IMG/VR virus record: IMGVR_UViG_2531839474_000001 | Span: 1 to 8,098 of that record | Length of the DNA stretch: 8,098 nt | From: a virus | Lineage: Duplodnaviria > Heunggongvirae > Uroviricota > Caudoviricetes | Strand: one strand, 5' to 3' | Shown: piece by piece, positions 1-6,104 of the stretch | Layout of the letters: the number at the start of each line of letters is the position of its first letter | Position numbering within the stretch: the stretch's first letter is position 1 | Translations under genes and position numbers: made by a program | Notes under the pieces: generated by a model | What the model was told of the DNA's origin: nothing | Seen by the model: the letters and a program-made list of their open reading frames with translations, nothing else | Database searches by the model: none

Positions 1-263
1 CGCGCCACTGTACATCTGGCCACCCTGATACCTTCGCGTAACAACTGGCGCCAGACTTTACGCACACCGTACACCTGATGATTTTCATCGTATACGCGCT
101 GTATCTCTCTCTTCAGCCAGTCATCGCGCTGAGCACGGGCACTGCGTTTATCAGGATGATGTCGCTGTTGCTGACAGTGGTAATACGTTGACGGGGCAAT
201 ATGCAGTTCACTGCATACCGGTCCGACCCCGTACTGCTCACGCAGCTTATCCAGCAGCGGCAT
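1..263 (-). CDS. IS3-family transposase OrfB (DDE catalytic part), N-terminal portion only; continues past the window edge
   Basis: Minus-strand frame -1 relative to orfA starts at an ATG overlapping the orfA stop and translates [88 protein letters not shown], consistent with IS629 OrfB. Open to position 1. Confidence 0.8.
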   Translation of the reverse strand, partial: MPLLDKLREQYGVGPVCSELHIAPSTYYHCQQQRHHPDKRSARAQRDDWLKREIQRVYDENHQVYGVRKVWRQLLREGIRVARCTVA

Positions 264-589
264 TATTTTTTCCAGAGGCGGTCGAACTCCGCCTTCGCAA
301 AATAAGCGGAAGCCTGGCGAAGGATATCGTTACTGCGGCGCAGTTCACGATTTTCACGTTCCAGCTCTTTCAGACGCTGACGTTCAGCGGTGGTGAGTCC
401 ACCATCACCACTCCCGGTATCCCGCTCATGCTGACGAACCCACACACGCAGAGTCTCTGGTGTACAGCCAATCTTTGGGGCAATGGAACAAATTGCCGCC
501 CATTGTGAGTCATATTCGCCCTGACTTTCCAGAACCATACGAACTGCCCGTTGACGGACCTCGGGGGAAAAACGTGTATTTTTAGTCAT
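263..589 (-). CDS. IS3-family transposase OrfA (helix-turn-helix, leucine-zipper part)
   Basis: 108-aa [54 protein letters not shown]...[28 protein letters not shown], matching my memory of IS629 OrfA. It ends in LWKK with an A-rich run (tggaaaaaataatg on the minus strand) at the overlap with orfB. Confidence 0.9.
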   Translation of the reverse strand: MTKNTRFSPEVRQRAVRMVLESQGEYDSQWAAICSIAPKIGCTPETLRVWVRQHERDTGSGDGGLTTAERQRLKELERENRELRRSNDILRQASAYFAKAEFDRLWKK

Positions 590-667
590 CCTGTTTACCT
601 CTTTCTCAGGGAGTTTAGTCTCCAGGATTCCCGGGGCGGTTCAGTTCGGACTGAAAGGAGCAAGTGT

Positions 668-958
668 ATGACGGGCAAAGAGGCAATTATTCATTACCTG
701 GGGACGCATAATAGCTTCTGTGCGCCGGACGTTGCCGCGCTAACAGGCGCAACAGTAACCAGCATAAATCAGGCCGCGGCTAAAATGGCACGGGCAGGTC
801 TTCTGGTTATCGAAGGTAAGGTCTGGCGAACGGTGTATTACCGGTTTGCTACCAAGGAAGAACGGGAAGGAAAGATGAGCACGAACCTAATTTTTAAGGA
901 GTGTCGCCAGAGTGCCGCGATGAAACGGGTATTGGCGGTATATGGAGTTAAAAGATGA
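668..958 (+). CDS. hypothetical phage protein, possible winged-helix DNA-binding fold
   Basis: ATG at 668 is preceded by AAGGAG (655..660) at 7 nt spacing; 96 aa. The segment PDVAALTGATVTSINQAAAKMARAGLLVIEGKVWRTVYY resembles a wHTH recognition helix plus wing. The listed ORF 551..958 is an in-frame upstream extension into the IS end and is unlikely to be the real start. Confidence 0.55.
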   Translation: MTGKEAIIHYLGTHNSFCAPDVAALTGATVTSINQAAAKMARAGLLVIEGKVWRTVYYRFATKEEREGKMSTNLIFKECRQSAAMKRVLAVYGVKR

Positions 959-1038
959 CCATCTACATCACTGAGCTAATAACAGGCCTGCTGGTAATCG
1001 CAGGCCTTTTTATTTGGGGGAGAGTAAATCGTGGTTGA
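955..1038 (+). CDS. possible 27-aa hydrophobic peptide (MTIYITELITGLLVIAGLFIWGRVNRG)
   Basis: ATG at 955 overlaps the stop of the upstream gene (ATGA); it has a single predicted transmembrane segment. Too short for composition-based support. Confidence 0.25.
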   Translation: MTIYITELITGLLVIAGLFIWGRVNRG

Positions 1039-1237
1039 GTTGATTTTTTCTGCATTGAGGATTCTCGGTGCTATGTGGATGGTGGCGACGTTCATTGTGG
1101 TTGCCAGCAGTTTTGTCCGGCTGGTAGGCGAAGGTAAAGACCTGGTTGGTGTGCTTTTCGGTAGCATTTTCCTGTGGGTGATTATCGGTGTTGCGCCTGT
1201 CGCTGTAGCAAAAATGGCGTGGCGTTTTGTGAGTTGA
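1031..1237 (+). CDS. small hydrophobic protein, two predicted transmembrane helices (68 aa)
   Basis: GTG start at 1031 overlaps the end of the 27-aa ORF; a GGAGA-like SD lies upstream. Sequence MVELIFSALRILGAMWMVATFIVVASSFVRLVGEGKDLVGVLFGSIFLWVIIGVAPVAVAKMAWRFVS. It is co-oriented and ends 8 nt before ninB. Confidence 0.45.
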   Translation: MVELIFSALRILGAMWMVATFIVVASSFVRLVGEGKDLVGVLFGSIFLWVIIGVAPVAVAKMAWRFVS

Positions 1238-1244
1238 GGTGACA

Positions 1245-1691
1245 ATGAAGCAAATATACATGCTTCGCAACGAAGCAATCAGAAACAACGCCATAGACGC
1301 AATACTCTCACTTCCGATCGACGACAAGTCACCTCACGAAGTCCACATTAAAGAACCAAAGCGGAGCAATCCTCAAAACCGCCTTATGTGGGCGTTATTG
1401 CAGGACGTATCACGTCAGGTGCTTTGGCATGGACAGAGACTTGCGCCGGAGGACTGGAAAGACCTGTTCACTGCCCTGTGGCTTAAGACCAAAAAACTGG
1501 AGCAACGAAGTGTGCCTGGTATCGATGGTGGCGTTGTCATGCTTGGCGTGCGTACCAGCAAAATGCGAAAGGCCAGCATGACTGAGCTTATCGAAATCAT
1601 GTTTTGGTTCGGCTCAGAGCGCAACGTGCGGTGGAGTGATGACTCCCGGCGAGAGTATGAATGGTCACAACGAAAAGGTAGGGCTGCATGA
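1245..1691 (+). CDS. ninB: NinB (Orf-family recombination mediator)
   Basis: Translation MKQIYMLRNEAIRNNAIDAI...NPQNRLMWALLQDVSRQVLWHGQRL...[23 protein letters not shown] aligns along its length with lambda NinB as I recall it (MKKLTFEIRSP...DQNRKLWACLGDVSRQVEWHGRWL...GVKWSDEARLALEWKARWGDRAA). ATG 1245 preferred over the GTG at 1239; stop overlaps the next start. Confidence 0.9.
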   Translation: MKQIYMLRNEAIRNNAIDAILSLPIDDKSPHEVHIKEPKRSNPQNRLMWALLQDVSRQVLWHGQRLAPEDWKDLFTALWLKTKKLEQRSVPGIDGGVVMLGVRTSKMRKASMTELIEIMFWFGSERNVRWSDDSRREYEWSQRKGRAA

Positions 1692-2215
1692 CTATCAAAT
1701 CAAATACACCAGCACACGACAAGGACTGCTGGCAAACGCCGCTTTGGCTTTTTGATGCGCTGGATATTGAGTTTGGATTCTGGCTGGATTCAGCTGCGAG
1801 CGACAAAAATGCTCTGTGCGCTCACTGGCTAACTGAGGCCGACGACGCACTCAATTCTGAGTGGATAAGCCACGGTGCAATCTGGAATAACCCACCGTAC
1901 AGCAATATCAGGCCGTGGGTGGAAAAAGCCGCTGAGCAGTGCATACAACAGCGACAGACGGTAGTGATGCTTGTGCCAGAGGATATGTCTGTCGGATGGT
2001 TCAGCAAGGCTCTGGAGAGTGTTGACGAAGTTCGCATTATCACTGATGGACGGATTAATTTTATCGAACCATCGACAGGGCTGGAGAAGAAGGGAAACAG
2101 TAAAGGCTCCATGCTGCTGATTTGGCGACCGTTCATCAGTCCTCGACGGATGTTTACTACCGTATCCAAAGCGGCATTGATGGCGATCGGGCAGGGCGTC
2201 AGGAGGGCGGCATGA
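1688..2215 (+). CDS. phage Dam-like DNA N6-adenine methyltransferase
   Basis: 175 aa with the catalytic NPPY motif ([10 protein letters not shown]) and an N-terminal [17 protein letters not shown] region typical of the phage Dam family found in lambdoid nin regions. ATGA overlap with ninB stop and ninE start. No restriction endonuclease gene is adjacent. Confidence 0.8.
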   Translation: MTIKSNTPAHDKDCWQTPLWLFDALDIEFGFWLDSAASDKNALCAHWLTEADDALNSEWISHGAIWNNPPYSNIRPWVEKAAEQCIQQRQTVVMLVPEDMSVGWFSKALESVDEVRIITDGRINFIEPSTGLEKKGNSKGSMLLIWRPFISPRRMFTTVSKAALMAIGQGVRRAA

Positions 2216-2394
2216 GGCGACAGCGACGAAGTTTCACCGACATCATCTGCGAAAACTGCAAATACCTTCCAACGAAACGCTACAGAAATAAACGCAAGCC
2301 AATCCCAAAAGAATCTGACGTAAAAACCTTCAATTACACGGCTCACCTGTGGGATATCCGGTGGCTAAGAAATCGTGCGAGGAAAACAAGGTGA
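2212..2394 (+). CDS. ninE: NinE
   Basis: [60 protein letters not shown] is near-identical to lambda NinE from memory. AGGAGG lies 5 nt upstream of the ATG. The listed ORF 2122..2394 is an in-frame upstream extension. Confidence 0.9.
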   Translation: MRRQRRSFTDIICENCKYLPTKRYRNKRKPIPKESDVKTFNYTAHLWDIRWLRNRARKTR

Positions 2395-2561
2395 TTGACC
2401 AAAATCGAAGTTACGAACAAGAAAGCGTCGAGCGAGCTTTAACGTGCGCTAACTGCGGTCAGAAGCTGCATGTGCTGGAAGTTCACGTATGTGAGCACTG
2501 CTGCGCAGAACTGATGAGCGATCCGAATAGCTCAATGTACGAGGAAGAAAACGATGAGTGA
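2391..2561 (+). CDS. ninF: NinF (Cys-rich zinc-ribbon-like)
   Basis: From GTG 2391 the product [56 protein letters not shown] matches lambda NinF ([28 protein letters not shown]...). GAGGA SD lies 7 nt upstream; the upstream ATG at 2349 would overlap ninE by 46 nt. Confidence 0.85.
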   Translation: MIDQNRSYEQESVERALTCANCGQKLHVLEVHVCEHCCAELMSDPNSSMYEEENDE

Positions 2562-2823
2562 TTTCTCTGAGCTTATTTCCTTCAAAAAAGACAGAGAAGA
2601 AATGCGGACTGAATCTGTCTATTACGTTCAACACCGGAATAAACGCTCGGTGCTTGATCAGGAGTTGGTTATTACCGGAGACCTGGCATTCAGAACATAT
2701 AAGGCCAGCATGGAAATGAAGGATTTCCCTAAATGTGGTTCTGAAAGAGAAGCTGCGTTAAAGCTGGCTGAGTGGATGCAGAGAATGGCTGCTGCAATTG
2801 AGAATTACTGGAGTGAACCATAA
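2554..2823 (+). CDS. hypothetical nin-region protein (89 aa), function unknown
   Basis: Complete ORF translationally coupled at both ends (ATG overlaps the ninF stop; its TAA overlaps the next ATG). I do not recognise it as a lambda nin protein. Confidence 0.6.
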   Translation: MSDFSELISFKKDREEMRTESVYYVQHRNKRSVLDQELVITGDLAFRTYKASMEMKDFPKCGSEREAALKLAEWMQRMAAAIENYWSEP

Positions 2824-3113
2824 TGGCTAACCTACGCAAAGAAGCGCGCGGCAGAGAATGCCAGGTACGTATTTACGGCGTATGCAATGGCAATCCTGAA
2901 ACTACAGTTCTGGCACATTACCGGATGGCTGGAATTTGCGGAACGGGAATGAAGCCTGACGACCTGATCGGCGCATGGGCTTGTAGCGCGTGTCACGATG
3001 AAATCGACCGACGCACAATGATTATCGACAACAAAGATGCCAGACTTTACCACCTCGAAGGCGTGATCAGGACGCAGGCGATACTGCTGAAGGAGGGGAA
3101 GATTAAGTCATGA
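2823..3113 (+). CDS. ybcO: YbcO-like DUF1364 protein (putative metal-binding nuclease)
   Basis: 96 aa, MANLRKEARGRECQVRIYGVCNGNPETTVLAHYRMAGICGTGMKPDDLIGAWACSACHDEIDRR..., with the conserved Cys/His pattern I recall from DLP12 YbcO. Recognition is from memory. Confidence 0.75.
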   Translation: MANLRKEARGRECQVRIYGVCNGNPETTVLAHYRMAGICGTGMKPDDLIGAWACSACHDEIDRRTMIIDNKDARLYHLEGVIRTQAILLKEGKIKS

Positions 3114-3472
3114 ACGAATATCAGTTTGTGCTTCCATACCCGCCGTCGTTGAATACCTACTGGCGAAGACGGGGAAGCCAATACTACATCAGCGATAAAG
3201 GCCAGAAATACCGAAAAGACGTTCAGCAAATCATCCACCAACTCAAGTTAGATATTTTCACCAAATCACGACTCCGCATCAAAGTCATCGCAGACGTTCC
3301 AGACTCCCGCCGCCGCGACCTCGATAACATCCTGAAAGGTTTACTCGACTCCCTTATCCACGCCGGATTTGCGGAAGACGACGAGCAATTCGATGACATT
3401 CGCGTAATTCGTGGTGTGAAAGTACCAGGCGGAAGGCTTGGAATAAAAATCACCGAACTGGAGAACGCATGA
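3110..3472 (+). CDS. rusA: RusA Holliday-junction resolvase
   Basis: 120 aa; the motifs LPYPPSLNTYWRRRG, DVPDSRRRDLDNILKGLLDSL and GGRLGIKITELE match the RusA family (E. coli RusA: LPWPPSNNRYYRHNRG...PDRRRRDLDNLQKAAFDAL...GGRLELTITEM). Confidence 0.9.
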   Translation: MNEYQFVLPYPPSLNTYWRRRGSQYYISDKGQKYRKDVQQIIHQLKLDIFTKSRLRIKVIADVPDSRRRDLDNILKGLLDSLIHAGFAEDDEQFDDIRVIRGVKVPGGRLGIKITELENA

Positions 3473-3657
3473 ACGCCACAATTCAAACGATACCAGAGCT
3501 TCTTATCCATACACGAGGCAATCAGACCGAAGTGGCAAGGATGCTTTCCTGCGCAAGAGGAACAGTGCTCAAGTACAACCGAGACAGCAAAGGCGAGCGT
3601 CATGTAATAGTTAACGGCGTCCTGATGGTCAAACAGGGCAAGAGGGGAAGACGATGA
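3469..3657 (+). CDS. ninH: NinH
   Basis: 62 aa; TIPELLIHTRGNQTEVARMLSCARGTVLKYNRDSKGERHVIVNGVLMV matches lambda NinH (TIPDMLVEAYGNQTEVARRLKCSRGTVRKYVDDKDGKMHAIVNDVLMV). Start and stop both in ATGA overlaps. Confidence 0.85.
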   Translation: MNATIQTIPELLIHTRGNQTEVARMLSCARGTVLKYNRDSKGERHVIVNGVLMVKQGKRGRR

Positions 3658-4277
3658 GACTCGAAAGCGTAGCTAAATTTCATTCGCCAAAAAGCCCGAT
3701 GATGAGCGACTCACCACGGGCCACGGCTTCTGACTCTCTTTCCGGTACTGATGTGATGGCTGCTATGGGGATGGCACAATCACAGGCCGGATTCGGTATG
3801 GCTGCATTCTGCGGTAAGCATGAACTCAGCCAGAACGACAAACAAAAGGCTATCAACTATCTGATGCAATTTGCACACAAGGTATCGGGGAAATACCGTG
3901 GTGTGGCAAAGCTCGAAGGAAATACTAAGGCAAAGGTACTGCAAGTGCTCGCAACATTCGCTTATGCGGATTATTGCCGTAGTGCCGCTACGCCGGGCGC
4001 AAGATGCAGAGATTGCCACGGTACAGGCCGTGCGGTTGATATAGCCAAAACAGAGCAGTGGAGGATAGTTGCTGAGAAAGAGTGCGGAAGATGTAAAGGC
4101 GTCGGTTATTCAAGAATGCCAGCAAGCGCCGCATATCGCGCTGTGACGATGCTAATCCCAAACCTTACCCAACCCACCTGGTCACGCACTGTTAAGCCGC
4201 TGTATGACGCTCTGGTTGTGCAATGCCACAAGGAAGAGTCAATCGCAGACAACATTTTGAATGCGATCACACGTTAG
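3654..4277 (+). CDS. Q: late-gene antiterminator Q (lambda type)
   Basis: 207 aa, MRLESVAKFHSPKSPMMSDSPRATASDSLSGTDVMAAMGMAQSQAGFGMAAFCGKHELSQNDKQKAINYLMQFAHKVSGKYRGVAKLEGNTKAKVLQVLATFAYADYCRSAATPGARCRDCHGTGR..., essentially the lambda Q sequence as I recall it, including the Cys-rich zinc-binding region. Confidence 0.95.
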   Translation: MRLESVAKFHSPKSPMMSDSPRATASDSLSGTDVMAAMGMAQSQAGFGMAAFCGKHELSQNDKQKAINYLMQFAHKVSGKYRGVAKLEGNTKAKVLQVLATFAYADYCRSAATPGARCRDCHGTGRAVDIAKTEQWRIVAEKECGRCKGVGYSRMPASAAYRAVTMLIPNLTQPTWSRTVKPLYDALVVQCHKEESIADNILNAITR

Positions 4278-4319
4278 CGCCATGATTGCCACGGATGGCA
4301 ACATATTAACGGCATAATA

Positions 4320-4375
4320 TTGACTTTTTGAATAACTTTGGGGAAACTTGACACCAATAATGGGCGTTTTTTACA
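4320..4375 (+). promoter_or_regulatory. late promoter pR' with Q-utilisation (qut) region
   Basis: TTGACT (4320..4325), a 17-nt spacer TTTTGAATAACTTTGGG, then GAAACT (4343..4348). This is collinear with lambda pR' (TTGACT-TATTGAATAAAATTGGG-TAAATT-TGACTCAACGATGGG) and sits just downstream of Q. Similarity to lambda ends shortly after the expected transcription start. Confidence 0.6.
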
Positions 4376-4514
4376 TGTCATTGATGAGTCTCAATAACCT
4401 GCCGCCGAGTAGTTTTTATGCTCTGAATTGTATTTGTGTAGTAAACATGCTGACTGCAATGTAATAGAGTTTTTTTAGCCTGTAACCTCTTGACGGCATT
4501 GAATTGCTTTTGTT

Positions 4515-5225
4515 ATGAGTTGTAAGCCAATGTTATCATCTTGTATTGGGGTGGTTATGAAGGATGGTGCGCTGCTCAGGAGTTCTTCACTTTTTATTGC
4601 CTACATGGGATGCCTTGGATGGGGGAGTGCTTATTTCTATGGATGGGGTACTTCTTTTTACTACGGCTTCCCATGGTGGATTGTAGGTGCAGGTGTTGAT
4701 GATGTTGCCAGAAGTTTATTTTTTGCAGTTATCGTCATTGCTATATTTCTTATCGGTTGGGGTATTGGTGTTGTATTCTTTTTCGCAGTGAAAAGAAAAC
4801 ATTCTATGCAAGAGCTAAATGTATTTCGCCTTTATTTTGCTGTGGAATTATTGTTTGTGCCGGCAATTATTGAGTTTTCTATATTGAGACAGAAGATTCA
4901 GGTACCTCTTTTGCTACTGTCAGCAGCGATTGCGCTGGCGGTTACAATTTCGATAAGATCTTATGGGCGATTTTTATCGGTATCATGCTTCTATGATAAG
5001 CCATTTATAAAAAAACATTTTTTTGAGATTGTGATGATTGCTTTTGTGGCATATTTCTGGCTTTTTTCATTTCTGACAGGATATTACAAACCACAGTTTA
5101 AGAAAGAATATGAAATGATTAATTATAATGATGGTTGGTATTATGTTCTTGCTCATTATGATAATTGTCTGGTTTTGTCTACTTCTTTCAATGCAGGTAG
5201 TAAAAGGTTTGTCATTTATCAATAA
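4515..5225 (+). CDS. uncharacterised polytopic inner-membrane protein (cargo gene in the Q-S interval)
   Basis: Only long ORF in a clearly AT-rich stretch; 236 aa from ATG 4515 (alternative starts at 4530 and 4557, none with a strong SD). About five hydrophobic helices (e.g. SLFFAVIVIAIFLIGWGIGVVFFFAV, VPLLLLSAAIALAVTISI, FFEIVMIAFVAYFWLFSFLTG) and an aromatic-rich C-terminal tail. No recognisable family. Confidence 0.6.
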   Translation: MSCKPMLSSCIGVVMKDGALLRSSSLFIAYMGCLGWGSAYFYGWGTSFYYGFPWWIVGAGVDDVARSLFFAVIVIAIFLIGWGIGVVFFFAVKRKHSMQELNVFRLYFAVELLFVPAIIEFSILRQKIQVPLLLLSAAIALAVTISIRSYGRFLSVSCFYDKPFIKKHFFEIVMIAFVAYFWLFSFLTGYYKPQFKKEYEMINYNDGWYYVLAHYDNCLVLSTSFNAGSKRFVIYQ

Positions 5226-5406
5226 GCACAAGATAAGAATCTTCAGGTTGATATTGTAAGGACCAGAATTTAATTGGCTGCATAAATAATATTTTAAGTT
5301 GCAAGTTGGCTATTCGTAGGAATAGAACCTTAGGCATGCTGAATGCGTTTTCTGAACATTGTTTTATAAACTGTGTCTGCTTGCTGTTGTGATCCTGCTT
5401 TTAGTG

Positions 5407-5517
5407 ATGGTGATGATGGATTTCACCAGCAGGATAATGTTGGTACTGACTGATGGCGCTCTGGTCTGCGGCATTGTGGTATTGCTGTGGCCGATGATGA
5501 AAGAACAGAATGAATAA
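5407..5517 (+). CDS. possible small hydrophobic peptide (36 aa, MVMMDFTSRIMLVLTDGALVCGIVVLLWPMMKEQNE)
   Basis: Short ORF with one predicted transmembrane segment, lying antisense to a listed minus-strand ORF. No convincing SD; in-frame GTG/TTG alternatives lie upstream. Speculative. Confidence 0.2.
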   Translation: MVMMDFTSRIMLVLTDGALVCGIVVLLWPMMKEQNE

Positions 5518-5703
5518 TTCTTGACTTTTTTGTTTACTGTTTATTAAAAAATCAACCGCATGGTGAATCCTCCTTGGAGGGGCTAAATGATCGAGTTTTA
5601 AGGGCACGTAGCGAGTTCTGTTTGATCATTGCAGAACTTAGCGGGAGGCGCCATGCGTACATCACTAATGTTATTTCCTTCTATCATTTTCCTTGTGAGT
5701 TCT

Positions 5704-5730
5704 GGCTGCGCATGGCGCGGCCTTTTTTTT
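5704..5730 (+). terminator. rho-independent terminator (plus-strand orientation)
   Basis: GGCTGCGC (5704..5711), loop ATG, GCGCGGCC (5715..5722) forms an 8-bp GC-rich stem with one G-U pair, followed by a run of eight T (5723..5730). Confidence 0.6.
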
Positions 5731-5919
5731 ATGACCTGCCACTGGCAGATGGTCATCCTGTGATTTGATTCCGGTTCCGGCTTTTTAACTCTGTTCCTGT
5801 ACACGGGAGAAATTCTATGTCGATTAATCGTTATGATATTGGTTACAAGAAGTACCACGTATTGTGTTGAGATAGAAAGCATGGTGCCAGAGGTAAATGC
5901 AGCAGCATAATAAAAAAGA

Positions 5920-5959
5920 GCCAGCGCAGAAGAGAACGGGTAAAAGAGTCTGCGCTGGC
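5920..5959. repeat. perfect 11-bp inverted repeat (GCCAGCGCAGA / TCTGCGCTGGC) separated by 18 nt
   Basis: Arms at 5920..5930 and 5949..5959. A second small hairpin GGGG-ATATT-CCCC follows at 5962..5974. No T-run follows either, so it is not a canonical intrinsic terminator. Confidence 0.55.
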
Positions 5960-6075
5960 GTGGGGATATTCCCCGTGGAGAAATGATATGTAACACACAT
6001 CGGGAACCTTTCTATATAAACATTATCATTATTGTCAATCATAACAGTCAGGTATTATGACGTTTATGCATCAGG

Positions 6076-6104
6076 GCCATCAGGAATTAACTGGTGGCTT
6101 TTTA
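6076..6104 (+). terminator. rho-independent terminator about 35 nt upstream of the holin start
   Basis: GCCATCAG (6076..6083), loop GAATTAA, CTGGTGGC (6091..6098) forms an 8-bp stem with one G-U pair, followed by TTTTTATTG. Confidence 0.5.

Larger units (their letters stand above)
1..643 (-). mobile_element. IS3-family insertion sequence (IS629-like), partial; one terminus at 643, the rest extends beyond the window start
   Basis: The reverse complement of 590..643 reads TGAACCGCCCCGGGAATCCTGGAGACTAAACTCCCTGAGAAAGAGGTAAACAG, which I recall as the IS629/IS1203 terminal inverted repeat, directly followed by orfA. orfA and orfB show the overlapping -1 frame arrangement typical of IS3 elements. 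Not database-checked. Confidence 0.85.

Noticed and set aside
188-508. 106-aa plus-strand ORF inside the IS element
   Set aside because: It lies antisense to IS orfA/orfB, which are confidently identified; the product is low-complexity and has no SD. Treated as a shadow ORF.
551-958. 135-aa ORF starting inside the IS terminal repeat
   Set aside because: The first 39 codons read across the IS end. The downstream ATG at 668 has a good AAGGAG SD and lies wholly in flanking DNA, so the extension is most likely artefactual.
976-1327. Two minus-strand ORFs (976..1278 and 1010..1327)
   Set aside because: Both are antisense to the small membrane ORF and the ninB start in a uniformly plus-strand operon; they are Ser/Thr/His-rich with no coupling or SD.
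1415-1806. Minus-strand ORFs 1415..1624 and 1597..1806
   Set aside because: Antisense to ninB and the methyltransferase, both confidently assigned.
1822-2346. 174-aa minus-strand ORF
   Set aside because: Antisense to the methyltransferase and ninE despite its length; no recognisable motifs, and it opposes the operon direction.
2449-3603. Minus-strand ORFs 2449..2634, 2832..3053, 3047..3241 and 3223..3603
   Set aside because: All are antisense to confidently assigned nin genes (ninF, ybcO-like, rusA, ninH).
3780-4019. 79-aa minus-strand ORF
   Set aside because: Antisense to Q, which matches lambda Q along its full length.
4381-4400. Short palindrome TTGATGAGTCTCAA downstream of pR', considered as a tR' terminator
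   Set aside because: Stem of only about 4 bp with a 1-nt loop and no T-run; not a credible intrinsic terminator. No clear tR' equivalent was found within 200 nt of pR'.
5401-5607. 68-aa minus-strand ORF ending in five histidines, over a GTGATGGTGATGATGG repeat
   Set aside because: The His run is the reverse complement of a short GTGATG-type repeat, the start is a GTG without SD, and the product is low-complexity. Judged a chance ORF, although the locus is flagged as an RNA/small-ORF region.
5574-5768. 64-aa plus-strand ORF with a TTG start
   Set aside because: The TTG start sits inside the palindromic SD element, the ORF runs straight through the intrinsic terminator at 5704..5730, and it has no protein-like features.
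5598-6042. Minus-strand ORFs 5598..5996 (132 aa) and 5824..6042 (72 aa)
   Set aside because: Low-complexity translations (Pro/Arg/Ile-rich) with no SD, spanning the inverted repeat and terminator; treated as non-coding. The 132-aa ORF would merit revisiting if homology searches hit.
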